64,000 nucleotides of DNA from Candidatus Omnitrophota bacterium (GTDB lineage Bacteria > Omnitrophota > Gorgyraeia > Zapsychrales > Zapsychraceae). Below are positions 1-9,373 of this stretch, one piece after another. The position numbers and the translations under genes are program-made. Where the stretch lies: assembly GCA_015233115.1 (NCBI GenBank), contig JADFYJ010000012.1, positions 15,557 through 79,556 of the forward strand. Reading direction: 5' to 3'. The notes below the pieces were generated by a model, which saw nothing but the letters and a program-made list of their open reading frames with translations, did no database searches and was not told the origin of the DNA. Each line of letters starts with the position of its first letter. Position 1 is the first letter of the stretch.

Positions 1-1105
1 CCGTTTCAGAATAAGCCTGAATAATATTCCTCATACTGTCTTCTTTACCACCATCTGCCGCTATATTTGAATTCGTTGGATTTTCCGCACGTTGATGGTC
101 CTGAGAGCTCAAACTGACCATGCTGTCCAAATTCAACACATCACTAAATTCGTGTTTATTCTCCATAGTTCCTACGGCTGACCGATCCTTATTTTCTTTA
201 AGGTCCACCTGATCGCCGGAGCTCAAGATCGTTTTAGTATTAAGAAGCGTTCCATGACGGGAGGTTCCGGAATTGGTGTAACGAGCCCAAACCTTACATT
301 CATTCCAAAAATTATATTCAGAATACAATTTAACTTGAGGTTCATTGTCCGCATCGTTAAAGTAATCCAAAGGAAGACGGTTCCCCAGGCTGGAATCTTC
401 TCCTAAATAACCCGTTGCAGCCGTCGTAGTCACAAAATGCTCTTTCGGCGCAAAACCATGAGTGCTTACAACACTGCCGTACATATAATAATTGGAATCT
501 TTTTTAACTTTACCATCGCTAAAATAAACTCCTTTAGAATCATATTTGGTCATATATTGCGCTCCTGCTCTCATGCCAGGAGCATCTGCCGCGCCTTTAG
601 TCGTAATGTTAATAACACACTCAATGGCTCCTGGACCATAGGTAACAGATCCGGGACCCCGGACAATTTCTATCTTTTGAATATCATGCAGATCCCATTG
701 TTCAAGTTCTGCTTCCACGCCATTATGAGCGTTTGAATTAAGCCTCCGGCCGTTTACGAGAAGAATCATTTTATTATTACGGTCAGATATGATCCCGCGA
801 ATACCGACCTTAGGGCTTTCGGAATGGGTTAACCAGACAGCTCCAGGAACATAAATCTCCATCAAATCATAAATATTCCTCGCCGGAGTCATCTCAATTT
901 GTTCCGCAGTAATCGTAGTGACTGAAGCAGGCGCGTATGATGCATTACTAGACGTGGTAAGCATCCCGACAGGTGTACTTAAAAGACTGGCCATATCCTG
1001 ATTGATCAAAGTTTCCATGCTTGGAACTTGGGCTTTTACAGGAAAAGCCGTGAGACATATCATTGCAACACACCAAAATGCTACCCGTTGGATCATTCCC
1101 TTCAT
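1..1105 (-). CDS. TonB-dependent receptor, N-terminal part (runs off left edge)
   Basis: Not in ORF track. Manual translation from ATG 1105 (SD AGAGGGGGAG): MKGMIQRVAFWCVAMICLTAFPVKA signal peptide, then plug motifs APASVTTITAEQI, GIRGI, ILLVNGRR, IQKIEIVRGPGSVTYGPGAIECVINITTK. Confidence 0.9.
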   Translation of the reverse strand, partial: MKGMIQRVAFWCVAMICLTAFPVKAQVPSMETLINQDMASLLSTPVGMLTTSSNASYAPASVTTITAEQIEMTPARNIYDLMEIYVPGAVWLTHSESPKVGIRGIISDRNNKMILLVNGRRLNSNAHNGVEAELEQWDLHDIQKIEIVRGPGSVTYGPGAIECVINITTKGAADAPGMRAGAQYMTKYDSKGVYFSDGKVKKDSNYYMYGSVVSTHGFAPKEHFVTTTAATGYLGEDSSLGNRLPLDYFNDADNEPQVKLYSEYNFWNECKVWARYTNSGTSRHGTLLNTKTILSSGDQVDLKENKDRSAVGTMENKHEFSDVLNLDSMVSLSSQDHQRAENPTNSNIAADGGKEDSMRNIIQAYSET

Positions 1106-1316
1106 ATTCTCCCCCTCTTTTTTGGTTGTATATTTTTATTGGATGAATACGCCTTCGATTTCTTAATTATAATTTTGTAATATTTAATAACAACACATTT
1201 ATTAAAAATTTTTAATTATTGAAACACTTTGAGGGAAACAGGGAGCCTTAAAAATAAAAAATACAAAAAAGGGAAGATTTAAAATGGAGAGACTTGCTCA
1301 AAATTGGATTATTTGT

Positions 1317-1640
1317 TTAAAAATTATAGAAGGGAGCCAATTCTACTAACAAAGGCTTTAGAAATTTCACACCAACATCCCACATATGATCATTGCGGAT
1401 CTTAGCCCATACGACATGACCTTCCAGCATAACCGGGGCATCTTGGCCAGGAACATGAATATTAACTTTCACCTGATCTCTATAAAAAAGCCGATTTTGA
1501 GTTTTAAGGCGGAGCCCGCTGGAACAAATTTCAGACAAAAACACCTGATCGCGAGCATGGGAGTCAGTATCGTGAAAAGATGCCGGCATAAAAAGAGCAT
1601 GACGCTCAAAAATTCGTTGTTCAGATGCTTGCTCTAACAT
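1317..1640 (-). CDS. PilZ domain protein
   Basis: RxxxR (RIFER), degenerate DxSxxG (EICSSG), GHVVW and VGVKF beta-barrel motifs. Confidence 0.8.
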   Translation of the reverse strand: MLEQASEQRIFERHALFMPASFHDTDSHARDQVFLSEICSSGLRLKTQNRLFYRDQVKVNIHVPGQDAPVMLEGHVVWAKIRNDHMWDVGVKFLKPLLVELAPFYNF

Positions 1641-1650
1641 GATTTATGGC

Positions 1651-1732
1651 TTGATGGTTTTTGGTTGATGGTTCTTGGTTGATGGTTCTTGGTTGGCTGT
1701 TTCTAAAAACCAACAACTATCAACCATTAACT
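1651..1732. repeat. Heptamer tandem repeat (TTGATGG/TTCTTGG x6-7) with inverted arm
   Basis: Tandem units at 1651-1699 and a degenerate reverse-complement arm AACCAACAACTATCAACCAT at about 1706-1732. Confidence 0.85.
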
Positions 1733-1743
1733 GTACAAAATTT

Positions 1744-2079
1744 TTATTTAAAATAATTTGCTAATCTCGATTTAGAGCCTTGCAGCATCTCTTTAAAAGA
1801 TACCCCAATTCTGAACATTCCGTCTGATATGGGTGTGGCCCATTCCACTTCTCCCATAACAAGCACAGAATTACCATTATCGTCCAGATCTAACTCAATA
1901 GCCATTTTTTGATGAAGAGGAATTTCCTTACGCGAAACAATCCCTATTCCCCCCTTACTAAAATCAACTGTTTTTGATGTATCAAAAAAATTTCCTGCCT
2001 GTGCATCTACCGGCACCAAACAGGACAATCGTGGGCTTTTCCGTTTATTCAACAACTCACACCTTCTTTCTGAACACAT
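1744..2079 (-). CDS. PilZ domain protein
   Basis: Canonical RKSPR and DFSKGG motifs; GEVEW...IGVSF. Confidence 0.85.
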   Translation of the reverse strand: MCSERRCELLNKRKSPRLSCLVPVDAQAGNFFDTSKTVDFSKGGIGIVSRKEIPLHQKMAIELDLDDNGNSVLVMGEVEWATPISDGMFRIGVSFKEMLQGSKSRLANYFK

Positions 2080-2142
2080 TTTATCTTATCGGAAGCAATG
2101 AATGATTTCAATAAGTACATGATCTATTTTTTGCTTTTTTGT

Positions 2143-2190
2143 CATTCGTTTTCGCTTAATCTATTGCCTATTGCCTATGGCCTATGGCCT
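2143..2190. repeat. Heptamer repeat (CCTATTG/CCTATGG x4) with CATTCGTTTT motif
   Basis: Direct reading; reverse-complement relative at 17779-17801. Confidence 0.75.
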
Positions 2191-2316
2191 TATTTGTAAG
2201 CGCTTCCGTGATACCTAAATATAAAACATAAATCGTGATTTTGCAAACCTCATATCAAAAATATTTTTTTACCATTTATGTTGACTAATAGTTCAAAAAA
2301 TATATAAATATTAGTA

Positions 2317-3045
2317 ATGGATCAAATGACTGACAAAATAATGCTGGTGGTTATAAGTATTTGTTTCTTGATCGGCTGGCAAAAAGGATTTTTTAAGGCC
2401 ATCTTGGGCCCCATATCCCTCATCATCGGTTCCTTGATCAGCATAGCCTATTATGCCAAAACAAAAAATATGCTGTATTCCGCTCTGATCGGGCTTATCG
2501 CTCCGCTCGTCATCCAAATGGTTCTTTCAATTATATTTAACCCCTCGCGTCATAATCAAGAAAAAAAACCCAATTTAGCCATTTCTTTTTTAAGCCGGTT
2601 TTCTGGCGGCATCGTATCTGTGGCCTGGTCCGGAACCCTGGCTGTTTTTGTACTTGTTTTGATCACGCTTGTCCCTTTGCAAAATAATCTCTTTACTTCC
2701 ATGCAAAAAGACATCACCTCGTCTAAAACTTACCGCTTTTTAAATTTTTTATCCGGTCACAAACTCAAAAAAAACGCGGTTAATTTTGAACAATTGGAAA
2801 ACCTCTTAAAACAAGATAATGCCCGGGGAAATATTCAAAAATCAGAAGCCTATAAAAATTTAATGGATGATCCTGCCATAAAAAATATTGTCAGTGACAC
2901 ACAAACCATGGACAGCATCCAAAAACAAGATATTAAAAGCCTGCTTGGCAACCCCAAAATCACCGCCTTGATGAATGATCCCAACCTCATCAAAAAAATG
3001 ATGGATTTTCAAAAAGAAATCATTGAGAAATCGTCGGAAAAATAA
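2317..3045 (+). CDS. CvpA-family (colicin V production-like) membrane protein
   Basis: D-x-I-x-L..GWQKGF N-terminus, about 4 TM helices, LSRFSGG, helical C-terminal tail. Confidence 0.75.
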   Translation: MDQMTDKIMLVVISICFLIGWQKGFFKAILGPISLIIGSLISIAYYAKTKNMLYSALIGLIAPLVIQMVLSIIFNPSRHNQEKKPNLAISFLSRFSGGIVSVAWSGTLAVFVLVLITLVPLQNNLFTSMQKDITSSKTYRFLNFLSGHKLKKNAVNFEQLENLLKQDNARGNIQKSEAYKNLMDDPAIKNIVSDTQTMDSIQKQDIKSLLGNPKITALMNDPNLIKKMMDFQKEIIEKSSEK

Positions 3046-3054
3046 CCCATGGAC

Positions 3055-3091
3055 CACCGCGTCGGTGGACCAAAGGCCCACCGACGCGGTG
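3055..3091. terminator. Perfect 14-bp GC-rich hairpin between convergent genes
   Basis: CACCGCGTCGGTGG-9 nt-CCACCGACGCGGTG between the cvpA-like and mnmE stops. Confidence 0.6.
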
Positions 3092-3093
3092 AT

Positions 3094-4497
3094 TTATTTT
3101 CCAATACAAAATTGATCAAAAATAGCGTCCAAGAGATCAGCATCGATATTGCGGCCAGTGATGGCGTCTAACGCATTGATGGCGGATTTGATGTGTTCGG
3201 AGATAAACTCGAGGGAAAGGTCCTGTGACAAACCTGACCGGGCATCTTGAATAGATTTTTGACATTCCTCTAACGAATGGATATGACGGATATTGCTGAC
3301 CAAAATTCCATGGGTGTCGACTTGAGACGAATGCCAGATTTTTTTGACAATCATGTCTTCTAATTGATCCAAACCTTCGCCAGTCACGGCGGAAATCCAT
3401 ACTTGCGGCGCATGAGGAAAAGCGGTTGAGATTTTTTTTTCGTCAACCTTATGCACCAAATCTTTTTTATTTAAAATGACAACCGCGTTTCGGTCTTTAA
3501 CTTGTTCGATGAGCGCTTCGTCTTCGGACGATAAAGGTTCACTCCCATCGAGTACCAGCAATACTAAATCCGCTCCCTTAATATACACATGACTGCGCTT
3601 GACTGCCTCTTCTTCAATCTTGTCACGCGGAGCAATCAAACCTGCGGTATCAACAAGCTGAAAAGGGATTCCTTTGATCTGGGCGGTTTCTTCAATCGGG
3701 TCACGAGTTGTTCCGGCGATATCTGCGACGATAGCTCGTTCCTGTTTAAGCAGTAAATTTAATAGGGAAGATTTTCCGACATTCGGCTTACCGCATAATA
3801 CGAGCCGGATGCCTTCTCTTAAAATGCGGCCATGATCGCTGGCGGATAATAAACCTTTAATCATAACGATAGCAGAATCCAAATGATTCTGTAACATCGT
3901 GGTCTTATCCGATGATGTATCATCCTCAGGAAAATTGACCAAAGCTTCAACTGAAACATACACACTCATGATTTCTTGGCGGATCTCGTCTAATTTTTGG
4001 GACAGGGAACCTTTGAGCTGATTATGGCTCACACGCAAATAAGCATCTGTCTTCGCCCGGATAACATCCAGTACAGCCTCAGCTTGGGCTAGATCAATGC
4101 GGCCGTTTAAAAAAGCACGTTTGGTAAACTCACCTGGTTCTGCTAATCGCCCGCCGCAATCAATCACTAACTGCAAAATTGCCCGCTGAGCCATCATCCC
4201 TCCATGACAGCTGATTTCAACCACATCTTCGCACGTATAACTTTTAGGTGCGCGCATAACTGTTAACAAAACTTCGTCAATAACCTCCCATTGATTGTGC
4301 ACCTTCCGGCCAATATCACCGTAGTGAACAGTGAAAGTCTTAAAATTCGATGGCAGAGCATTATTTTTCGATCGAAATATTTTATCCGCAATCGGCAACG
4401 CGTCCTGCCCGCTCAGACGGATAATGCCTAAGCCGCCCGCTCCAGCGGCAGTGGCAATGGCGACAATTGTGCCTTCTAAACCTTTGTACTGGTACAT
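3094..4497 (-). CDS. mnmE: tRNA modification GTPase MnmE
   Basis: TIVAIAT, PGEFTKRAFLNGRIDL, GKPNVGKSS, DTAG, NKKD, C-terminal FCIGK. Confidence 0.98.
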   Translation of the reverse strand: MYQYKGLEGTIVAIATAAGAGGLGIIRLSGQDALPIADKIFRSKNNALPSNFKTFTVHYGDIGRKVHNQWEVIDEVLLTVMRAPKSYTCEDVVEISCHGGMMAQRAILQLVIDCGGRLAEPGEFTKRAFLNGRIDLAQAEAVLDVIRAKTDAYLRVSHNQLKGSLSQKLDEIRQEIMSVYVSVEALVNFPEDDTSSDKTTMLQNHLDSAIVMIKGLLSASDHGRILREGIRLVLCGKPNVGKSSLLNLLLKQERAIVADIAGTTRDPIEETAQIKGIPFQLVDTAGLIAPRDKIEEEAVKRSHVYIKGADLVLLVLDGSEPLSSEDEALIEQVKDRNAVVILNKKDLVHKVDEKKISTAFPHAPQVWISAVTGEGLDQLEDMIVKKIWHSSQVDTHGILVSNIRHIHSLEECQKSIQDARSGLSQDLSLEFISEHIKSAINALDAITGRNIDADLLDAIFDQFCIGK

Positions 4498-4529
4498 ACA
4501 TTAATCCTCAAAAAACCGATTATTTTTAT

Positions 4530-4557
4530 TACGGGCGATCAGGAGATCGACCCTACG
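4530..4557 (-). repeat. GTAG-type REP-like palindrome
   Basis: Minus strand reads GTAGGGTCGATCTCCTGATCGCCCGT: GTAG foot plus imperfect stem. Confidence 0.55.
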
Positions 4558-4582
4558 AAAAAAATCGCGTGCATGAAAATTA

Positions 4583-4670
4583 GGTTTGGATTTAAATCTA
4601 ATCCCCGAGCGAGTTTCCTTGGCGCTTCGCCAAGGTTGTTTGAGCGAAGGATTAGGTTTAAATACAAACC
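4583..4670 (+). repeat. Structured repeat element, copy 1
   Basis: 46-nt core shared with 10636-10681, enclosed in a ~22-bp inverted repeat. Confidence 0.85.
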
Positions 4671-4709
4671 GTCCCAACCCACGCGCTATATCAACCGCGG
4701 CATACTCCG

Positions 4710-6050
4710 CTACGATATTATTTTTCGCGCTTGCGCGACGAGAAAAACCGAACCAACCACGGCGGTTAATTCTACGTCTCGTCTTTCCCTAATATAATCT
4801 AAAGCATCAACCGTAAACTGAAAAAAACTTACGGGCAGACCAGGAAAATTTTGTTTTAATTCTTCTTTGGTAAACGTGTGCGCCCGCTCATGAAAACCGT
4901 TGACCACGATGACTTCCCGCGCCACAGGTTTTAACTGATCACAAATTCCTTGAATATCTTTGTCTGACGAAATTCCAAGAATAACCACGGGCTTTTTTCC
5001 AGGGAACGCGCGGTTTAAAGTTTTCACAAATTCATGAACGGATTCTTTAGTGTGACACACATCCAAAATAAATAGTTGCTTGCCGCTGATAATTTCAAAC
5101 CGTCCCGGCCAGCTTACTGCAGCGGCTCCTTGAAAAACGGCATCATTTGAAATTTTTACCCCTTGTCCTCGTAATCCCTCGACCACGCATAAAGCGGCTG
5201 TCAAGTTAGCCCCCTGACAATCACCCAGCAAAGGCATTCGCAGACCCGTAAATTTTTGAAGGCCAATCATCACATCAATATCCTGGCCGGACCATGAAAC
5301 CTTATTAATTTTATAACCGATTTCATGGCCTATTCTAAAAACGTTAGTTGCTTTGACTTCTTCAATTTTTTGACGGATCACATGCTCGACTTCAGGATAT
5401 TGTTCGGCGATAACAACAAATTTATTGGAAGGTTTTATAATGGCCGCTTTTTCATAAGCAATTTTGCCTAAAGTATCGCCTAATATTTGTGTGTGTTCCA
5501 GGCCGATCGGAGTAATGACAGCGGCCCAGGAATCAACCACATTGGTCGCGTCCAAGCGTCCGCCCAACCCGGTTTCCAACACGACCCAGTCGACCTGTTG
5601 TTCAAAAAAACATAAAAACGCCGCGATAGTCAGCCACTCAAAATAGGTTAACTGCTCCCTTAAGGTCTCATCAAGCGTATTTTTGATATGAAAAATAATA
5701 CGGGCAAAATCATCCCTTGCTATTTCATCGCCGAAAATGCCGTCGGGTGTTTGTTTTTGGTGTGATAGAATCCTCATTCGCTCACGCATATCGTATAAAT
5801 GAGGAGAAGTATACAGCCCGGTCTTAAAACCTGCCGCCTTTAACATAGCCGCGATCATGGCTGCGGTGGATCCTTTGCCTTTAGATCCGGCTATATGAAC
5901 GCATTTGAGATTCGCGTGGGGATTTCCTAATTTCTGCAGAGCTTCCCGGACAATATTAAGTTTAAAATCCGCCGAACGCGCCTTATTGAGCATCCGCTCG
6001 AAATTGACATGGTGGTCTAGAAAAGTAAGAGATTCGGAATAATTGAACAT
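4710..6050 (-). CDS. folC: Folylpolyglutamate/dihydrofolate synthase
   Basis: HIAGSKGKGST, YTSPHL, ETGLGGRLDATN, WPGRFE. Confidence 0.96.
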   Translation of the reverse strand: MFNYSESLTFLDHHVNFERMLNKARSADFKLNIVREALQKLGNPHANLKCVHIAGSKGKGSTAAMIAAMLKAAGFKTGLYTSPHLYDMRERMRILSHQKQTPDGIFGDEIARDDFARIIFHIKNTLDETLREQLTYFEWLTIAAFLCFFEQQVDWVVLETGLGGRLDATNVVDSWAAVITPIGLEHTQILGDTLGKIAYEKAAIIKPSNKFVVIAEQYPEVEHVIRQKIEEVKATNVFRIGHEIGYKINKVSWSGQDIDVMIGLQKFTGLRMPLLGDCQGANLTAALCVVEGLRGQGVKISNDAVFQGAAAVSWPGRFEIISGKQLFILDVCHTKESVHEFVKTLNRAFPGKKPVVILGISSDKDIQGICDQLKPVAREVIVVNGFHERAHTFTKEELKQNFPGLPVSFFQFTVDALDYIRERRDVELTAVVGSVFLVAQARKIIS

Positions 6051-6054
6051 TTTA

Positions 6055-7611
6055 TTAATGTTTAAAGTGTCTCGCGCCTGTCATAACCATGACCATGCCA
6101 TATTTATCCGCGGCCTGGATGACATCGGGATCCGCGATAGAACCGCCGGTTTGAATGATGGCAGTAATGCCGGCTTTCGCGGCCAATTGCACATTATCCG
6201 TTTTAGGCAAAAACGCGTCGGAAACCATAATTGCTCCTTTGGCTTCTTTGCCGGCTTTCCGGACAGCGATATTAACGCTTTCCACGCGGCTGGTTTGTCC
6301 GCACCCTATACCGAGAACGCGCTGGCCTTTCACTAAAATGATCGCATTAGATTTAACTCCACGGACCACTTTCCATCCAAACAGCATGGACGTCAGTTGT
6401 ATTTTGGTAGGCTTTTTCTTTGATACCACTTTCAAATCTTTAGCCGTAATCTCCAGCTCATCCTTATCCTGCAATAAAAGACCGCCATACACTTTTTTAA
6501 AATCAACGCCGCCGCGCTTTAATCCTTTTAAATCAAATTCAATCAAACGCACATTTTTTTTCTGGGTCAAAATTTCTAACGCTGTTTTAGAAAATGCCGG
6601 TGCAATCACGCATTCCATAAAACCGCTTTTGCTGATAAGCTTGGCTGTCGCTTCGTCAACTGGACGGTTGACTCCGATAATTCCGCCGAATGCTGAAACA
6701 GGATCAGGCGCCAAGGCTTGTTTATAAGCCAGAGACAATTTGGCGTTCTCAGCCAAACCCGTAGGATTATTGTGTTTGATAATAACGGCCGCGGGATTCG
6801 CAAAATCTTTGATAAAATCAACCGCCGCGTTTAAATCCAAAATATTGTTAAACGATAATTCCTTGCCGTGAAGCTGTTTCAAATTCGCTAACCCGGTGAC
6901 CGGCCCTTGATCTTTATAAAAAGCGGCTTTCTGGTGAGGGTTCTCGCCATAGCGTAAATCCTGGACTTTGGTAAAATCAAACGCGATTTTCGACGGTAAG
7001 GTTGCTTCTGAAATTTTGGCCTCCAACATGCGTTCCGACAAAAACGACGCGATCGCCGAATCATACGCGGCAGTCCGCGCATAAACTTCCTGAGCTAAAA
7101 TAAAGCGAGTCGAATCTGCTACCACTCCTTTATTTTGTTTTAATTCTGCTAATACAGATTCATAACGGTTGGGATTGCAAATGACTGTCACACTGCGGTA
7201 ATTTTTCGCGGCAGAACGCAGCATAGACGGCCCACCGATATCAATATTTTCAATCGCGTGTTCCAAGGCGATCTTTTTATCTTTAATAACCTCTTCAAAC
7301 GGATATAAATTCACAACCACCAAATCAATCAGTCCGATACCATGCGCCGCAACCTGGGACATATGTTCCGGGTTATCCCGCAAGGCCAAAAGCCCGCCAT
7401 GGATTTTTGGATGCAAGGTCTTAACCCGTCCGCTCAACATTTCCGGAAAACCCGTGTAATCAGAAACCTCGATAACAGAAATTCCCGCGGAACGCAAAGC
7501 TAATGCCGTGCCTCCGGTGGATAAAATTTCTACTCCCAATTCCCGCAAACCCTTTACAAACGGGACTAATCCTGTTTTGTCGGAAACACTGATCAATGCG
7601 CGCTTTATCAT
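6055..7611 (-). CDS. purH: Bifunctional AICAR formyltransferase/IMP cyclohydrolase
   Basis: RALISVSDKTG, GRVKTLHP, IDIGGP, LRYGENPHQ, KHNNP, RHFKH. Confidence 0.98.
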   Translation of the reverse strand: MIKRALISVSDKTGLVPFVKGLRELGVEILSTGGTALALRSAGISVIEVSDYTGFPEMLSGRVKTLHPKIHGGLLALRDNPEHMSQVAAHGIGLIDLVVVNLYPFEEVIKDKKIALEHAIENIDIGGPSMLRSAAKNYRSVTVICNPNRYESVLAELKQNKGVVADSTRFILAQEVYARTAAYDSAIASFLSERMLEAKISEATLPSKIAFDFTKVQDLRYGENPHQKAAFYKDQGPVTGLANLKQLHGKELSFNNILDLNAAVDFIKDFANPAAVIIKHNNPTGLAENAKLSLAYKQALAPDPVSAFGGIIGVNRPVDEATAKLISKSGFMECVIAPAFSKTALEILTQKKNVRLIEFDLKGLKRGGVDFKKVYGGLLLQDKDELEITAKDLKVVSKKKPTKIQLTSMLFGWKVVRGVKSNAIILVKGQRVLGIGCGQTSRVESVNIAVRKAGKEAKGAIMVSDAFLPKTDNVQLAAKAGITAIIQTGGSIADPDVIQAADKYGMVMVMTGARHFKH

Positions 7612-7639
7612 AGGAACCTTTCAACTTAAAATTTTGTAA

Positions 7640-7785
7640 GTCACAAAGACACAAAGTCACAAGGTCACAAAGGCAAATAAAGATAAAAGAATTAAAAACT
7701 AAAAAATCAAATCATTCGCTTTTTTAGTTTTTTTTATAAAATTTTTCCTTTGTGACCTTGTGTCCTTGTGACGCTGTGACCTTGT
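7640..7785. repeat. Inverted octamer-arm element (GTCACAAR x4 ... CTTGTGAC x4-5)
   Basis: Arms at 7640-7671 and 7749-7785 around an AT-rich spacer containing CATTCGCTTTTT. Confidence 0.9.
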
Positions 7786-7792
7786 AAAAAAT

Positions 7793-7822
7793 AAAAAAGG
7801 GGCAATAAAAATATATTGCCCC
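7793..7822 (-). terminator. Intrinsic terminator of rpsU
   Basis: GGGGCAATA...TATTGCCCC followed by a T-run on the minus strand. Confidence 0.8.
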
Positions 7823-7840
7823 CAAATTTACTTAAACACC

Positions 7841-7999
7841 TTAATGTTTTTTTGCTTTATGACGTTTTTTTTCTGACGGTTTAGAGTAAAAACGGCGTTC
7901 TTTTAACTCCATTAAAAAACCGTCTTTCATACAAGCTTTTTTAAAAAGGCGCATAGCCTTTTCAAAATTCAATGAATCATTAACTTTTACTTCAATCAC
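7841..7999 (-). CDS. rpsU: 30S ribosomal protein S21
   Basis: Not in ORF track. GTG start, SD AAGGTGG; MIEVKVNDSLNFEKAMRLFKKACMKDGFLMELKERRFYSKPSEKKRHKAKKH (52 aa). Confidence 0.93.
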   Translation of the reverse strand: MIEVKVNDSLNFEKAMRLFKKACMKDGFLMELKERRFYSKPSEKKRHKAKKH

Positions 8000-8032
8000 G
8001 CGAAATCACCACCTTAAGATATTATTTATTTT

Positions 8033-8064
8033 GTGACAATGTAACAGTGTAACAGTGTGACAAT
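8033..8064. repeat. GTNAC octamer tandem x4
   Basis: GTGACAAT GTAACAGT GTAACAGT GTGACAAT. Confidence 0.85.
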
Positions 8065-8073
8065 GATTAAAAA

Positions 8074-8376
8074 CTATATCGCGCTCGCGCCGGTTTGGCC
8101 ATCGCGGATGCGGATTATATTCGACATATCAATTACGGCGATTTTTCCGTCGCCGGTAACACCGGTCCGGGCATACTTGCGGATCGTCTCGACAATTTTA
8201 TCTACTTGAAATTCATCCGCGTAAATATCCAGCTTCATTTTTTCCTGAAGGCCGTTGCGATGATGCCCAAATCCTTTCGCTTCAGTCACAGTCAATCCGC
8301 CAATGCCTGAGTCTTCCAGAGCTCGGAATACTTCTTCGAATTTTTCTTTTCTAACGATCGCTTCGATCTTTTTCAT
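8074..8376 (-). CDS. P-II family signal transduction protein with shortened T-loop
   Basis: MKKIEAIVR, GxTVTEAKGFG, TGVTGDGKI, IRIRDG; only 100 aa. Confidence 0.92.
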   Translation of the reverse strand: MKKIEAIVRKEKFEEVFRALEDSGIGGLTVTEAKGFGHHRNGLQEKMKLDIYADEFQVDKIVETIRKYARTGVTGDGKIAVIDMSNIIRIRDGQTGASAI

Positions 8377-8411
8377 AATAACGCCTCTTTTCTAACCCTT
8401 ACGCTTTTCAC

Positions 8412-8470
8412 CAATCGCTTTTTCTTCCCTCATCCATCATTTCCGTACTCTGTACTCTCTACTCTATACT
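8412..8470. repeat. CAATCGCTTTTT motif plus TACTCTN heptamer x4
   Basis: Direct reading; same heptamer at 34792-34818. Confidence 0.75.
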
Positions 8471-8517
8471 TCTTTTCCACGATTGGGTCGATATAGTAAC
8501 ACAAAGAAAAAATACGG

Positions 8518-9177
8518 TCAACGCTTTTTAAGTACCCCGGCCTGTTTACACCAAACATTCACCGGACACTGCGAGCACAGAGGCGAAACAGGTTTACAAA
8601 TATTTTGGCCCCACACGACTAGCAGGGTATTGTATTCAATCCAATATTGGGAGGGAAGTTTTTCACGCAGGGCAAATTCAGTTTCTTCCGGTGTCTTGGT
8701 TTTTACATAACCCAAACGGTTTGAAATGCGGTGCACATGCGTATCAACGCAAATCCCTAATTTTCCGAAACCTTCGGTTAAAACCAAATTCGCGGTTTTC
8801 CGGCCTACCCCGTTAAAAGAAAGCAAAACATCCAAATCATCCGGAACTTTTCCTTTGAATTCATCAATTAGCCGCCGGCAAATACCCAGAATATTTTTCG
8901 CTTTGGTGTGATAAAATCCTACCGGATAAATCGCCTTTTCAATCTGTTTAACGGTCAATTGGGCCATTGAAAAAGGATCTTTCGCTAATTGAAATAATCG
9001 TTCCGCAGCCGGCAGGGTCGTCGCATCCTGAGTCCGTAAACTTAAAATACAGGATATCCAGACTAAAAAGGGGTCATGCCATCTTTTTCCCACCAAAGTG
9101 ACTGACGGATCAGGAAAATCTTTTTCCGCCTTGCGAAGGGTTTTGATAATGAGGGTAATAATTTGATTTGTCAGCAT
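8518..9177 (-). CDS. nth: Endonuclease III
   Basis: HhH motif GVGRKTANLV, VDTHVHR, C-x6-C-x2-C-x5-C; start moved to ATG 9177 because the longer ORF runs into the repeat. Confidence 0.95.
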   Translation of the reverse strand: MLTNQIITLIIKTLRKAEKDFPDPSVTLVGKRWHDPFLVWISCILSLRTQDATTLPAAERLFQLAKDPFSMAQLTVKQIEKAIYPVGFYHTKAKNILGICRRLIDEFKGKVPDDLDVLLSFNGVGRKTANLVLTEGFGKLGICVDTHVHRISNRLGYVKTKTPEETEFALREKLPSQYWIEYNTLLVVWGQNICKPVSPLCSQCPVNVWCKQAGVLKKR

Positions 9178-9195
9178 ACTGATAAATTTTGTTAA

Positions 9196-9370
9196 GTCAC
9201 AAGGACACAAGGACACAATGTCACAAAGAATAAAAAAAATTAAAACAAAACACTCAATAAAATCATAAAATTAAATTATAAAAAAATTGCGATTTGTTTA
9301 TATTTCCCAAATCGCCATTTTATTTTTCTGATCCTTTGTGACCTTGTGACATGTGACTTTGTGACCTTGT
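9196..9370. repeat. Inverted octamer-arm element (GTCACAAG/GACACAAG x4 ... TTGTGAC x4)
   Basis: Arms at 9196-9227 and 9335-9370; same family as 7640-7785. Confidence 0.9.
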
Positions 9371-9373
9371 CTG

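Noticed and set aside
437-736. + strand 99-aa ORF
   Set aside because: Antisense shadow of the TonB receptor, which has clear motifs
4573-4797. Small + strand ORFs between mnmE and folC
   Set aside because: They run through the structured repeat and the antisense of the folC end; no protein features
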